Assembly: GCA_950097015.1 (NCBI GenBank)
Contig: CATNEN010000041.1
Coordinates: forward strand, 372,001 to 436,000
DNA length: 64,000 nt
Reading direction: 5' to 3'
Source of the DNA: Macrostomum hystrix
Lineage: Eukaryota > Animalia > Platyhelminthes
Below the pieces are notes generated by a model that was not told where the DNA came from, did no database searches, and saw only the letters and a program-made list of their open reading frames with translations. A program made the position numbers and the translations under genes. Below, piece by piece: positions 14,321 through 28,200 of this stretch (the first letter of the stretch is position 1; every line of letters starts with the position of its first letter).

Positions 14321-17300
14321 TCAGGCCAGCAGTGCGTCTCCTTTGGGCCGCAGCAGGGGCCGGCGCTGCTCCGCCTCCGCCTCCGCCACTCGCTGACGCA
14401 GCTGGTGGGCCTGCTTGGCCAGGTCCACGCTCTGCATTGCGGCCACAGCCTGCTCGGCCAGAGCCTTGTTGGCCGCGTGGCGCCGCTGCTGGCCCGACGT
14501 GCTGAACGGCGTGGGCCGGCCGTCTGTGGGAGTGTGCAGGTGGGGCGACTGAGAATCTGCCACCTGATCTGCTAGCTGATGCTTCAGTGAGTGAAATCTG
14601 CCACCTGATCTGCTAGCTGATGCTTCAGTGAGTGAAATCTGCCACCTGATCTGCTAGCTGATGCATCAGTGAGTGAAATCTGCCACCTGATCTGCTAGCT
14701 GATGCATCAGTGAGTGAAATCTGCCACCTGATCTGCTAGCTGATGCATCAGTGAATGAAATATGCCACCTGATCTGCTAGCTGATGCATCAGTGAGTGAA
14801 ATATGCCACCTGATCTGCTAGCTGATGCTTCAGTGAGTGAAATCTGCCACCTGATCTGCTAGCTGATGCATCAGTGAGTGAAATCTGCCACCTGATCTGC
14901 TAGCTGATGCATCAGTGAGTGAAATCTGCCACCTGATCTGCTAGCTGATGCATCAGTGAGTGAAATCTGCCACCTGATCTGCTAGCTGATGCATCAGTGA
15001 GTGAAATCTGCCACCTGATCTGCTAGCTGATGCATCAGTGAATGAAATATGCCACCTGATCTGCTAGCTGATGCATCAGTGAATGAAATATGCCACCTGA
15101 TCTGCTAGCTGATGCATCAGTGAATGAAATATGCCACCTGATCTGCTAGCTGATGCATCAGTGAGTGAAATCTGCCACCTGATCTGCTAGCTGATGCATC
15201 AGTGAGTGAAATCTGCCACCTGATCTGCTAGCTGATGCTTCAGTGAGTGAAATCTGCCACCTGATATGCTAGCTGATGCTTCAGTGAGTGAAATCTGCCA
15301 CCTGATCTGCTAGCTGATGCTTCAGTGAGTGAAATCTACCACCTGATCTGCTAGCTGATGCATCAGTGAGTAGAATCTGCCACCTGATCTGCTAGCTGAT
15401 GCTTCAGTGAGTGAAATCTGCCACCTGATCTGCTAGCTGATGCTTCAGTGAGTGAAATCTGCCACCTGATCTGCTAGCTGATGCTTCAGTGAGTGAAATC
15501 TGCCACCTGATCTGCTAGCTGATGCTTCAGTGAGTGAAATCTGCCACCTGATCTGCTAGCTGATGCTTCAGTGAGTGAAATCTGCCACCTGATCTGCTAG
15601 CTGATGCATCAGTGGAGTGAAATCTGCCACCTGATCTGCTAGCTGATGCATCAGTGAGTGAAATCTGCCACCTGATCTGCTAGCTGATGCATCAGTGAGT
15701 GAAATCTGCCACCTGATCTGCTAGCTGATGCTTCAGTGAGTGAAATCTACCACCTGATCTGCTAGCTGATGCATCAGTGAGTGAAATCTGCCACCTGATC
15801 TGCTAGCTGATGCATCAGTGAGTGAAATCTGCCACCTGATCTGCTAGCTGATGCATCAGTGAGTGAAATCTGCCACCTGATCTGCTAGCTGATGCATCAG
15901 TGAGTGAAATCTGCCACCTGAATCTGCTAGCTGATGCTTCAGTGAGTGAAATCTGCCACCTGATCTGCTAGCTGATGCTTCAGTGAGTGAAATCTGCCAC
16001 CTGATCTGCTAGCTGATGCATCAGTGAGTGAAATCTCCCACCTGATCTGCTAGCTGATGCATCAGTGAATGAAATATGCCACCTGATCTGCTAGCTGATG
16101 CATCAGTGAATGAAATATGCCACCTGATCTGCTAGCTGATGCATCAGTGAGTGAAATCTGCCACCTGATCTGCTAGCTGATGCATCAGTGAGTGAAATCT
16201 GCCACCTGATCTGCTAGCTGATGCTTCAGTGAGTGAAATCCTGCCACCTGATATGCTAGCTGATGCTTCAGTGAGTGAAATCTACCACCTGATCTGCTAG
16301 CTGATGCATCAGTGAGTAGAATCTGCCACCTGATCTGCTAGCTGATGCTTCAGTGAGTGAAATCTGCCACCTGATCTGCTAGCTGATGCTTCAGTGAGTG
16401 AAATCTGCCACCTGATCTGCTAGCTGATGCTTCAGTGAGTGAAATCTACCACCTGATCTGCTAGCTGATGCATCAGTGAGTGAAATCTGCCACCTGATCT
16501 GCTAGCTGATGCATCAGTGAGTGAAATCTGCCACCTGATCTGCTAGCTGATGCATCAGTGAGTGAAATCTGCCACCTGATCTGCTAGCTGATGCATCAGT
16601 GAGTGAAATCTGCCACCTGATCTGCTAGCTGATGCTTCAGTGAGTGAAATCTGCCACCTGATCTGCTAGCTGATGCTTCAGTGAGTGAAATCTGCCACCT
16701 GATCTGCTAGCTGATGCATCAGTGAGTGAAATCTCCCACCTGATCTGCTAGCTGATGCATCAGTGAATGAAATATGCCACCTGATCTGCTAGCTGATGCA
16801 TCAGTGAATGAAATATGCCACCTGATCTGCTAGCTGATGCATCAGTGAGTGAAATCTGCCACCTGATCTGCTAGCTGATGCATCAGTGAGTGAAATCTGC
16901 CACCTGATCTGCTAGCTGATGCTTCAGTGAGTGAAATCTGCCACCTGATATGCTAGCTGATGCTTCAGTGAGTGAAATCTGCCACCTGATCTGCTAGCTG
17001 ATGCTTCAGTGAGTGAAATCTACCACCTGATCTGCTAGCTGATGCATCAGTGAGTAGAATCTGCCACCTGATCTGCTAGCTGATGCTTCAGTGAGTGAAA
17101 TCTGCCACCTGATCTGCTAGCTGATGCTTCAGTGAGTGAAATCTGCCACCTGATCTGCTAGCTGATGCTTCAGTGAGTGAAATCTGCCACCTGATCTGCT
17201 AGCTGATGCTTCAGTGAGTGAAATCTGCCACCTGATCTGCTAGCTGATGCTTCAGTGAGTGAAATCTGCCACCTGATCTGCTAGCTGATGCATCAGTGAG

Positions 17301-18900
17301 TAGAATCTGCCTCCTGATCTGCTAGCTGATGCATCAGTGAGTGAAATCTGCCACCTGATCTGTTAGCTGATACATCAGTGAGTGAAATCTGCCACCTGAT
17401 CTGCTAGCTGATGCTTCAGTGAGTGAAATCTACCACCTGATCTGCTAGCTGATGCATCAGTGAGTGAAATCTGCCACCTGATCTGCTAGCTGATGCATCA
17501 GTGAGTGAAATCTGCCACCTGATCTGCTAGCTGATGCTTCAGTGAGTGAAATCTGCCACCTGATCTGCTAGCTGATGCTTCAGTGAGTGAAATCTACCAC
17601 CTGATCTGCTAGCTGATGCATCAGTGAGTAGAATCTGCCACCTGATCTGCTAGCTGATGCTTCAGTGAGTGAAATCTGCCACCTGATCTGCTAGCTGATG
17701 CTTCAGTGAGTGAAATTTGCCACCTGATCTGCTAGCTGATGCTTCAGTGAGTGAAATCTGCCACCTGATCTGCTAGCTGATGCTTCAGTGAGTGAAATCT
17801 GCCACCTGATCTGCTAGCTGATGCTTCAGTGAGTGAAATCTGCCACCATGATCTGCTAGCTGATGCATCAGTGAGTAGAATCTGCCTCCTGATCTGCTAG
17901 CTGGATGCATCAGTGAGTGAAATCTGCCACCTGATCTGCTAGCTGATACATCAGTGAGTGAAATCTGCCACCTGATCTGCTAGCTGATGCTTCAGTGAGT
18001 GAAATCTACCACCTGATCTGCTAGCTGATGCATCAGTGAGTGAAATCTGCCACCTGATCTGCTAGCTGATGCATCAGTGAGTGAAATCTGCCACCTGATC
18101 TGCTAGCTGATGCATCAGTGAGTGAAATCTGCCACCTGATCTGCTAGCTGATGCATCAGTGAGTGAAATCTGCCACCTGATCTGCTAGCTGATGCATCAG
18201 TGAGTGAAATCTGCCACCTGATCTGCTAGCTGATGCATCAGTGAGTGAAATCTGCCACCTGATCTGCTAGCTGATGCATCAGTGAGTGAAATCTGCCACC
18301 TGATCTGCTAGCTGATGCTTCAGTGAGTGAAATCTACCACCTGATCTGCTAGCTGATGCATCAGTGAGTAGAATATGCCTCCTGATCTGCTAGCTGATGC
18401 ATCAGTGAGTGAAATCTGCCACCTGATCTGCTAGCTGATGCATCAGTGAGTAGAATCTGCCACCTGATCTGCTAGCTGATGCATCAGTGAGTGAAATCTG
18501 CCACCTGATCTGCTAGCTGATGCATCAGTGAGTGAAATCTGCCACCTGATCTGCTAGCTGATGCATCAGTGAGTGAAATCTGCCACCTGATCTGCTAGCT
18601 GATGCATCAGTGAGTAGAATCTGCCTCCCCGCTCATCTTAAAGCAGTTGCAACCCGGCCAATGAATAATTCGCAGTCCGGACGCACCAGCAAAAGTCCAG
18701 TCAGGCAGGTCAGTGAGCGGCCCGCGCTCATTGCCCGAAGGTGGCAGGCCGCGGCGCAGCCGGTACCAGCTGATGTTGGCCAGGCTGGGGGTGGTGTGCA
18801 AGCTGCAGCTGCTGACACCAGCTGTTCTGAATGCCGCGGCCAGCAAAGCCACTGACTTTGCTGGGCTTCGAAGCAGCTGATGAAGTGCCTGAAATTTCAT
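14321..18900 (-). CDS. MRPL52: Mitochondrial ribosomal protein mL52. Exons 18687-18900 and 14321-14523, separated by a 4.16-kb minisatellite intron
   Basis: The spliced product reads WYRLRRGLPPSGNERGPLTDLPDWTFA|DGRPTPFSTSGQQRR...LLRPKG, matching the mL52 signature GPLT.LPDWS.ADGRPAP...GQ.RR...KPKG. Phase-1 GT-AG junction; N-terminus resembles a presequence. The start codon could lie in a further upstream exon. Confidence 0.92.
14553..18627. repeat. Intronic minisatellite, 41-bp unit (gccacctgatctgctagctgatgcatcagtgagtgaaatct), about 99 copies
   Basis: Period 41 measured (14561 to 14602). Units abut with no spacers and contain the palindrome ctgatgcatcag. Confidence 0.98.
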
Positions 18901-19194
18901 TGGACAGTTTTGAGTTCAAAATACAACTAGAAGATAGTCAAGCCATTTAAGCCAGATAGGAGTAGTTAAGCATAATAGTTATAATATCTAGCTAGTTTAG
19001 ATATTTAGACTGAAAATATATTTGGGCTTTACATAATATAATAGAAATGTAATTTTATTTAAAGCCAAGCAGCTAGAATAACAACTTCTTATGTCTAACA
19101 AAAATAAACAAAGACTATAAAAACGACATGTTGTTAAAGTTGTAGTTTTATAAAAAAATAATAAATGATTAAATGATGTGTCTACTTTGCATTA

Positions 19195-19463
19195 CATTGG
19201 GCCAGATGTGCAGCTAACAGCATAGCTGCAAATATTGCAGTGCATCTGAAGTCCGCATATAGCAGCTCAGTCCATGGACTAGGAGATGTCACACATAGCC
19301 TCAAATATGCTAGCTAATGCTGGTAACCATATAACAGCTGAGTGAACTGAAGCAATGCATAGTTAAGTGTCTTGCTAAGGGACACAAATTTTTCCAATGG
19401 AGTCAGGAATCAAACCTGTCCTTTAAGTTGTGAGTCCAACACTCTAACCACTATGCTAAAACC
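19195..19463 (-). mobile_element. tRNA-derived SINE, older CpG-decayed copy
   Basis: Colinear with the copy at 39028-39280: degenerate A/B boxes, tgtgtcccttagcaagacactt central motif, shared 3' body (cagatgtgcagc...gcatctgaag...cagtccatggact on the + strand). Confidence 0.8.
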
Positions 19464-22400
19464 CTAGTGTGCAATAGCTATACCCTAGCTTTCTATATTA
19501 TTATATGAAATATATTCACTATATCCAAAGCTATTTGCCTTATAAAGTCTTGTCAAAGATTTTGTTGTCTAAGGAACTCTACAATCCATTGTAACAAAAA
19601 ATTGACTTATTTCATTTATCAGTATGATTGCAGTATGTGTTATAAACATTTCTAAATTTGCACTTCATTTTTGTATTATATAATTTTCTTCTACACATTT
19701 AGCCCACAAAAATACTAGGCCTATTCAACTTGGTAGCTATCCTCATTTTTACCATTTACAATTACAAGTTGTTACAGTTACCAAACAGTGCCACTGCCAG
19801 TAAAGCCTGTTCTGTACCATTGTTACCAAACTAGGTACAACTGCACATAAACATGTAAAATAATTAAATATGGTGATCTTCAAGATTTCAATTCAATTGT
19901 ACAATTTTTGACCCTTTTAAGAACTAAGATCCCCTAAACTTGGCTGTAGCAATAACTGCCATGCCTCAATGGTAAAGATAGCTAGCTGCAGTGTCGGAAA
20001 TGTCCTAGTTTCTGAGTTATTTTGACTTGAATTTTTTTCATTTCAGCATATCTGGCATGGCTGGCCAACCTAGAGTGCCAACAACAATCATTCCTGTTAT
20101 GGATTTACTGCTTGCCACTAACCTATGTGACCTGAATGTCAACCTGCCTGAACTAGTACTGTTCCAAAGTTCCAGGGCATGCATGGCACCAGCAATGGCC
20201 TGTTTGAGTCACACCTTAGCAAGTACCTCTGGTGGTGCCTCTATCTGGAGAAGACCTTCAGAAACTTTCTCGACTGGGTTGCCCATTCTTATGGCATTTA
20301 AGATGGTAATGTGACTGCTGACTACCATGGACTGACTTGTTTTACTTTGCTTTTCTGGTTTTGAACTCAAAATAATTTAATGTGGTAAACTAGGACATTG
20401 CCGCAGTGTCTTTAATATGGAGTCAGGGGTCAGGGCTTGCTTATGCCTTAGGCCTATGGACATGGCTGCCAGTGCCATGCCACTAAGTTCAGGAATAATA
20501 ATATAGGCATTAGGCCTACAAAAGAAAGTATGAAACTATGAGTTTATTTCACAAGTGCAATAGGCCTCATGTTACAATGAGTTAGCAGTCTATTAAACCA
20601 CTAGGAGTAGAAGGACAGGAAACTTTGTTTCTTGGAAAAAAATTACAGAATGATTTTCACAGAAAAATGCTCTGGCGAGATAGGAACTTTTCACTTTTTC
20701 TTATTAAAGTGTTAATACATTTTTATTGGAAGCAGATCCAAAGCTGTACTATTATTACATATTATTTAAAATGTTGCTTTATAGAATTTCATAAAGCTTC
20801 TTCGTAAAAAACTTTCTTTCGTATTTTTACTTTATTTATTTTGAAGCAAAATAGCTACTTGAGAGCTATCTAGTGACAAACTTAATTTCATCTGTGTGAT
20901 GTATCTGTATGATGGATGATTTTTCTGTGATTTTTAAAAAACAGCCTAACTATTTTTTATTAAAAAATGAAATTTTAAGGCTTTGCTAGGTGTCAAGTTG
21001 CATTTCAAAATTCGAATATTAAGGGGGAAATTATTAGGAAAACTTGTTTTAAATGGGTTGTTCAATTAAAGGTAAAATGCTAGGCAACACCCGACGGCAA
21101 TAGGCCTAGACTGGGAAAAAGATCAAAATATCTCCAGGCTTGCCTGGCAAAAGCTGCGCTTTCCCGCTTTCTTGGTATCATTGCCTGGGAAAAGCGCAGC
21201 TCTGATGAAATGCATAGGGCAGGCAAACTAAATTTACCGTTAAGTTACGGAATAAAAGTTACGGAACATCGCGAGATTGTCTGAATGGGGAGGTTGGCTA
21301 TGCTGAGAAACTGAACGTGTTGGTACTGGGAGCGATCTTTTTTAGTGCATACTGCAGATTTTTTATTTTAATTCTCTAAACTGAGTGTACTCACTGAGAT
21401 TCTTATTTTATAATTAGAGCCAACACAAGCCAACACTGAGAGACTCCATTTTATAAGGCTCATTTTTAAACCCTTCCCTTAACTCAACAGCCAGAAGAGC
21501 CGATGCTAGGCAATAGGTTAGGCTAGGGTAGGCTGTCCCTTCTTCGACCCTGCAATGATCTGATTGTTTATACAATTTTTCTAAAAGTAGGTGATCGACA
21601 ATGCTAAGTGACTATTTTCTAACTATCTTCAGAGAACAACTTTGATATGCTTTACTTTTACTTTCAAAATTTTGTTCCTAATCAACTTTCTTGGTACATT
21701 AAATTACACGGCGACTATTATCCCATGTGGGTAAACTCATTCACCACCGTTTTCCTCTAATTCAGCAAACTGATCCTTAGGAATGTTAATAAAGTAGTGA
21801 ATTGTATTCGATATTAAGCTACCTGTACCTGCGATCGAATAGCCTAAATCCCTTATTAACTTAAGCTTCATAAAGCTCATTTCTAGTCCAATTGACTTGC
21901 CATCATTAAAATGTTAAAAATATTCTTAAAACAAATTTGTCGCTTATTTACTCACTATCCGAATAATACCTCATTAAGCTAATTTTCCCTCTCATTGTCC
22001 TCTCATGAGAGGGTATATTAGCCTGAGCTGATGAGGGATAATTCGATGAATAAGGAGATGGGTGGCGTTGCATGGTTGCCTGTATTAAAAGGAACTAAGC
22101 ATTGAGAGCTAAAGATGGTCCTTGGTTCTCTAGCTGCTAAAGAAGGGCATTGGTGCTTTGCTTAACTGCAGTGGCATTGAACCTCCACTCCATGGCCGGG
22201 CATTGGTTATTTGCTTAAAGGGGTCATTGGTTACCTGCTAACGGGGTTCATTGGTTAGGTCTGCTAAATGGCATGGGAGCGCTCTTCTATATGGGGTCAT
22301 TGGTTCTCGTTTCTGGGGGACATTGTTCAGCTGATTGTGTAGGAATAAATGTAATGTTATATGTAATGTAATGTTGACTGAAGACGACATAAGACAGGCC

Positions 22401-22675
22401 CTTGAATTGATTTTTATAGGCAAAAGAGAGTAAGTGATAGTCAAATAGTTATTTGCGACTGGTTGTTGAAGAAATTCTGCATTTATTAATTTGTGTATCT
22501 TTTACTCCTAGGTGTAAAAAGTATATTTGTTAATTTCGCCCTCCCCTTTGGGGGGCTAGTAAGTGATTGTTTTCAATCTAACTTATCATCAAATGTCCTT
22601 GTTGTGATGAAGACAATAAATCTAGTGCTTTTCGCTATTGCGCAGTCCCTGGCTCCCAGGCTTTCTAAAAAAGTT

Positions 22676-22877
22676 GCGGGAAGCAGTGGAACATAATAAA
22701 TCTACTCAAATGTGATTATAGCCAACTTATGACTCACAGCGGGAAGCAGTGGAACATAAGAAATCTACTCAAATGTGATTATAGCCAACTTATGACTCAC
22801 AGCGGGAAGCAGTGGAACATAATAAATCTACTCAAATGTGATTATAGCCAACTTATGACTCACAGCGGGAAGCAGTG
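22676..22877. repeat. 63-bp tandem repeat, about 3.2 copies
   Basis: gcgggaagcagtg recurs at 22676, 22739, 22802 and 22865. Confidence 0.92.
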
Positions 22878-23658
22878 TACGAGATAAAATAAGAAATCTA
22901 TACTCAATTTACTGAGCACGAAACAAAGAGAAGTTTTTTTGTAATTTATTTTTTAATGTGCAACTTAAGCGATCAGTTAATTCTAAAGTATAGAGCCATG
23001 ACTTACAAACAGCCTGCCAATAACAGTTTATGAAACTGCTAGCTACTTACTTACGACGTAAAAACAGCACGACTTACTGAACCCTGATCAAAATTTTATT
23101 AAATGATAAACAACAATCTAGTGGCTTTCACTGCATTCATTCCGCCGCTCCGCCATATACAAGAAATAAGCTAAAATTTCTGCGCTAGCTTCACATGGAC
23201 TCAACTAAAATTCAAGGGAAAATAGTCGAATTCCGGAGTCCCAAAAGCTGCTTAACTTAGCCGGATTGAGGCCATGCAGCGTGACAGATTAGCTCCCCGT
23301 TCCACCGACTAGTGTCTCTTGCCAAACCGGAAACTAAAAAAACACGGAAAAAGCTGGGCATAAAACCACTTTAGTGAATGGATTAAAGGCGGCAAATGTA
23401 GAACCGCAGGTTGCATGGCTGCAACAGAGAATCGATTCAGGAGCCAAAGGTACACGAGGACCGGTGGATGCCGTTACAGAAGCAAAACAAGATACAGAGA
23501 CTAAGCCAGAGTGGGAAAAGCACTCGTGGCTTGGTTTGCTTCGAGACATTGAGATCGAAGTTGTTCACTATTTGGCACACGAGTCAACGAATAAATTGAA
23601 ACCCATTGTGCCGCGCAGTTTATGGTCATTTAGAAGACCTTCGGAGCAACACGAAGGT

Positions 23659-25223
23659 TCAGCTGAAGGTCACACTCAGTTTGCAGCCGTCGATTGCAGC
23701 CGGACCGTCCAACCGGCAGGCCACGCAGCTACCATCGGAGGAGCGAGCGGCTGCCAGGAGGTGCTGAATTGGCGGCAGCTGCTGAGCTCCGGGCGGCAGA
23801 AGTGCCACTGTGCCCTCCAGTATCAGCGGCTGCGAGAACTCATGACCGCAGCAGCGGGTCAGCGAAGGCCCGACGCTGATACCAGCGACGGACCAGCCTG
23901 GCTGACGGTCTGGACAGTCGACTTCCAGCGTCAGCGTCGCTGGTGACTTTGTCATCTCGGCAGTAGCTGACGCCACCTCGAAGTTAATGTCGATGCCCTG
24001 GCGGTTCGCGGCGGCGAGAGCGCCGACCAAACCACGCGCCTCACCTCGGGTTGTCAGGGCGCCGGCAGCGGCTGCAGCTTGCAACGGCCGAGCCAGACGG
24101 GCCAGTGCGGCAGGAGCGCGCAAACGCAGGTGAAGCCGATCTCCGTTGGGACCAGCGAGCCCGGCGGCGACGCCAGCGGCTGCCAGCTGAGCCAGTCGTC
24201 GAGCCAACAATTGCCAGGCAGCGGCCTCCGGCGTAGTCGCGAGGCCTTCGCCGTTGACGGCGCCGTGAACGCCTTCACCGTGAGCTAAACGAACGAACTG
24301 CTCGGCGATCTCCACCGCGACTCGGCTCTGCGCCTCCACTGTGGATGCACCCAGGTGAGGCGTGGTCAGCACTCGCTCGTGCTGTAGCAGACGAGCGTCC
24401 TTCGGTGGCTCGACGGCGAAAACGTCTAGGCCAGCACCGCCACACTGACCGGACTGCAGCGCTTCAAGAAGGTCCTCTTCTTGCACCAGGCCACCGCGAG
24501 CAGCGTTTACAATGAAGACACCGCGCTTACAGCTAGCAAGCACGCGGGCGTTGACGAGGTTCTCCGTGTGCGGCAGCAGCGGCACGTGCAGCGTTACGGC
24601 GTCCGCCTCGGGCCACAGCTTGTCAAGGTCCATCCACTCGACGCCGAACTCCTTAGCCTGCTCGGGCGTCACGATGGGGTCGAAGCCGATGGTGCGCATG
24701 CCGAATGCGCGCATCCGATTTGCAACCTCGCGTCCAATACGCCCCAGGCCGACCACGGCCAGCGTTTTGCCGTGCAGCTCTGTGCCAGTGAAATTTTTTG
24801 CGGTCCCAGCGGCCGGCACGCATGGAGGCGTCGGCGAGGTGGACGCGCCGTGTCAGGCCCAGGAGGAGGGTGCAGGCGTGCTCCGCGGCAGAAACTGTGT
24901 TGCCGCCGGGGGCGTTCAGCACGAGGACACCGCGCTCACTGGCCGCGTCCAGGTCGATGTTGTCGACGCCTGTGCCGGCCCGACCAACAACACGCAACGA
25001 AAGTAGCAGCCTCGAGCACCTGGCGGGTGACTTTGGTGGCAGATCGGACCACCAGGCCTTCATAGCCGCCGCTAGTCAGCTCGGCAATGAGGGCCTCCGG
25101 GGCGAGGCCAACCTTAAGCTTGGCGTCGATGCCGGCCTCGGCCAGGAGCTGAACACAGCGCGGATCAACGTCATCGCTAAGCAGTACGCGGCGCAGAGGG
25201 AACTGGACAGACTCAGACGACAT
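23659..25223 (-). CDS. PHGDH: D-3-phosphoglycerate dehydrogenase, intronless, with two apparent +1 frameshifts (about 25001 and about 24792)
   Basis: GLVVRSATKVT, LRVVGRAGTGVDNID, NAPGGNTVSAAEH, GTELHGKTLAVVGLGRIG, VNAARGG, GLDVF..EPP, TPHLGAST.EAQ. Each of the two frame junctions has one extra T in a T-run. Confidence 0.93.
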
Positions 25224-28200
25224 GGTCGGTTTGGATCAGATGCACTTACCAACACCAGATAAGAGAGAACTGTAGAGAATTTAGAGACGAGAGGAGACAC
25301 CGGGGCGCACGGCCCGTGTCTATTTATGCTGCCAAGGGCGCTGTCCGCCCCTCCGCCGCTTGGGTTTGACTGCCTGCATGGCTGTACAGCCAGCCACTCA
25401 ATTTTAGCTTGAGGTTGCTGGGGCTGAGAGCGGAGAAACCCCTGTCACGCTAGGCCCGCGTGGCTGCTGAAGTTGTAAGTTGTAGTGCTTGGCTACACCC
25501 TCTGTACCCGGCCTGTTCGGCTGCCCTGATCTTGGCTCTGGACCAAGCCGTCTTATGTGGTCCAGAAATTCCCCCTTTCCATGTCGTCAATTCATGAGTT
25601 CGTTGAGCTGGGAACAGAGCTGAGTGGAAAATTCGCAGTCCGATGATTCGATTTGATTTCGCTTGTTTCTCGGCCTTTTTATGCGCTTAATTATCGCTGC
25701 GGCAACAAAATAGTCGAGTTCTCAGTGATTTGCCTGTTAACTGATATTTTGTGCAATGGAGTCAAATGCCAGCAAAAATGCTAAATACAGCATGCCATTG
25801 TATACATGCATCATAGAACAAAGCACAATGATCCTTCTCGGCAGAACCTCACGACACGCACTCACAGCAGCTAAACCAGCATGGACTGGATCTGAGAGAG
25901 TACACTGGGCCGTGGATTCACTCTACATAATTGTTCTGCCATTCACTTGTGCCAGACCAGGTCACGTGACCTGCAAGAGACCCTCCACTCCGCTGTGAAC
26001 GGATTGCGGCAGCTTGTATAGTAAGCCGCTTATAGCTTATAGCTTCTATTCCGGAATTCAACCTTCAATTTGTTAGCATAATTTTCCATTAAGCGGCCCT
26101 GGCTATAGGAGTGTGGAAATTCCACTGCTTCACACAAGCTGGTGCACGGTGAGTACAGTACAAGTCTCTGTGATAGTGTGCATCACAGTAGCACTAACCT
26201 CGGCATCATGCCTGGCGCTCAGTCCAGTGGAATTTTCAAATTGAAAAAAGCTGTCCCAAAATTTGACCGACAAAGTTCTCACGGAAAGGAAAACTCGGCC
26301 ATGAATGGTCCTGACTGGTATGTAACTATAGAGGGTGTACAATGACGTACTGCACCGTTCTTCTGAAACAATGAAGCCATTAAACTAACTGACAAATATT
26401 TCTTTACCGTAACATTACATTACGAGCTAAAAGAAAATTAAATATATACCAAATAGATTTTGTGGTAAAATTTCATTCGTGGCTGCCGCAATGACGCCTG
26501 AAGTTAAGAACTATCTTTGATATAGTTACGCAGCAGCTGTTGTATCAATCAAATATATAGACAAGAAGACTATAACTACGAAAGACTACTAGAATACTAT
26601 TGTAAATTTCGAAAAGAAAATTTCCGAGAAATTTCCTTATTTTGCGTTTCTTACTGCAGGAGATAAATCAAACATCTTTGAGGCACAATGGCACATAATG
26701 GCACAAGATCACAGGAAACCATGCACTGAAGCTCTAGAATTACTAGTATATCACAAAAGTTATCTATAATCAGAGCAAGAACAGCACGCAGCTGCCCTGA
26801 GGCCTAGGTAGCCAAGCAACAATTTTAATAAATAAAAGTTGCTCAATCACTTGAAAATAAAATATGCAGTTTTTTCTCCCTTTTGGTTAAATTTTCCGTG
26901 CGATTAGTATCTTTATTTTTCCTTGTTTTTTTTTCATGAGTTTTCTCTTCTTTTGCGGTATATTAATATATTCGTTTTGCAATTCAAAAAATATTGTCGT
27001 TTTCAACTTTGATTTAAAAACAAAGATGTCAAATTGTTAATAATCGAAAAAATAAAGAAGCACCCGTTTAATGGCGTTGCGCTTTAAATTTGGTATGACA
27101 CAGTAAAAATATTCTAAATTTTCCGGTGTTTTTTTTACTTTAGATTTAAATAGGTAAAACAAATGTAAACAAAATGCTTACTAATAAAGTTTTTCAACAA
27201 ATAAAAAGTTTGCTAAAGTGAATAAAACTTTTATTTTGCGGGCGCGAAGAAACATAGCTAGTCAGTAAATACTTCATCATTAAAACTATAGATTCCTATA
27301 TTTTTCAAAATTTTATTGTGCAATCAGGATTGCACCACATTTGCAAATTAGGATTTATAGTGGCGAAAGGCGAGTCTTTGCTCGGTTTACATAAAATATG
27401 TAAAAACTCGCAGCTTAAATTCGGCAGTATTCTCGTGCGTATTCGGCAGTGACCAACGAATGGCAAATACAGCAGGATCTCAAATAAATTACATTACTCC
27501 ATTTTATGGAGCTTTTGTGCTTTCTTGTTTTAATTGTTTATAAGTCTGCCCCTTGATTTCTGGTCTACCCAGCCATAAAAAATTGCGTCCAGCATTAGGC
27601 GTGGTAGAAAATTTGACACCATGCCTTTTTGTACAGAATTTTCTAATCACTTGGATCAGTGCTTCATTTCTCAGAAAAAAAGCTTATGAAAAATATAATT
27701 AAAACAAAAAATTGTCATTTCGAAAGTGATAAAAAATTCACTAACTTTCAGACCTCATTCTTAAATATTTATGCGAGGAACTAGCTTTTGGATCTCGGAA
27801 ATGTTGTATCTCAATATGAATATGAATATTCAGGATAACAGTACTCAATAAGTCTTTTATCGTTAAAATTCGCTTTTCGACTTTCATATAAACATATTAC
27901 GGCCTAAATATAGTTCCAGATTTCGATTGCATATATACTTTTATCCCAAACCGCTCCAGATTCTCGAATAATTTCAGTGTTGCGTCATCAGGGCCCAGCC
28001 CAGAGGGATGCCGCCCGATCCGAGTGGCCCGTCAACCATCGGCAGAACTTGAATAAACGATGTCACGTGACTTTCGTGATCATCGACAGATAAATAAGCC
28101 ATAGACAGCATAGAGGCAATGCTTGTCTAGCTCCAAGCCCTAATTGGAGCACTTTTTCTCATTGAAATTTATATTAACCTTGAATTAGCATTTCTTGGCA

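Noticed and set aside
14553-18627. CRISPR-like array of 41-bp repeats
   Set aside because: Units abut with no unique spacers, there are no cas genes, and the array lies in a spliceosomal intron of a eukaryotic gene.
20027-20340. Decayed minus-strand ORF in the AT-rich, CpG-poor region
   Set aside because: It is interrupted by stops and has no recognisable motif; it is probably an old TE remnant but cannot be assigned.
23374-23946. 190-aa plus-strand ORF overlapping the PHGDH 3' end
   Set aside because: It has a non-ATG start, no domain, and is partly an antisense shadow of PHGDH.
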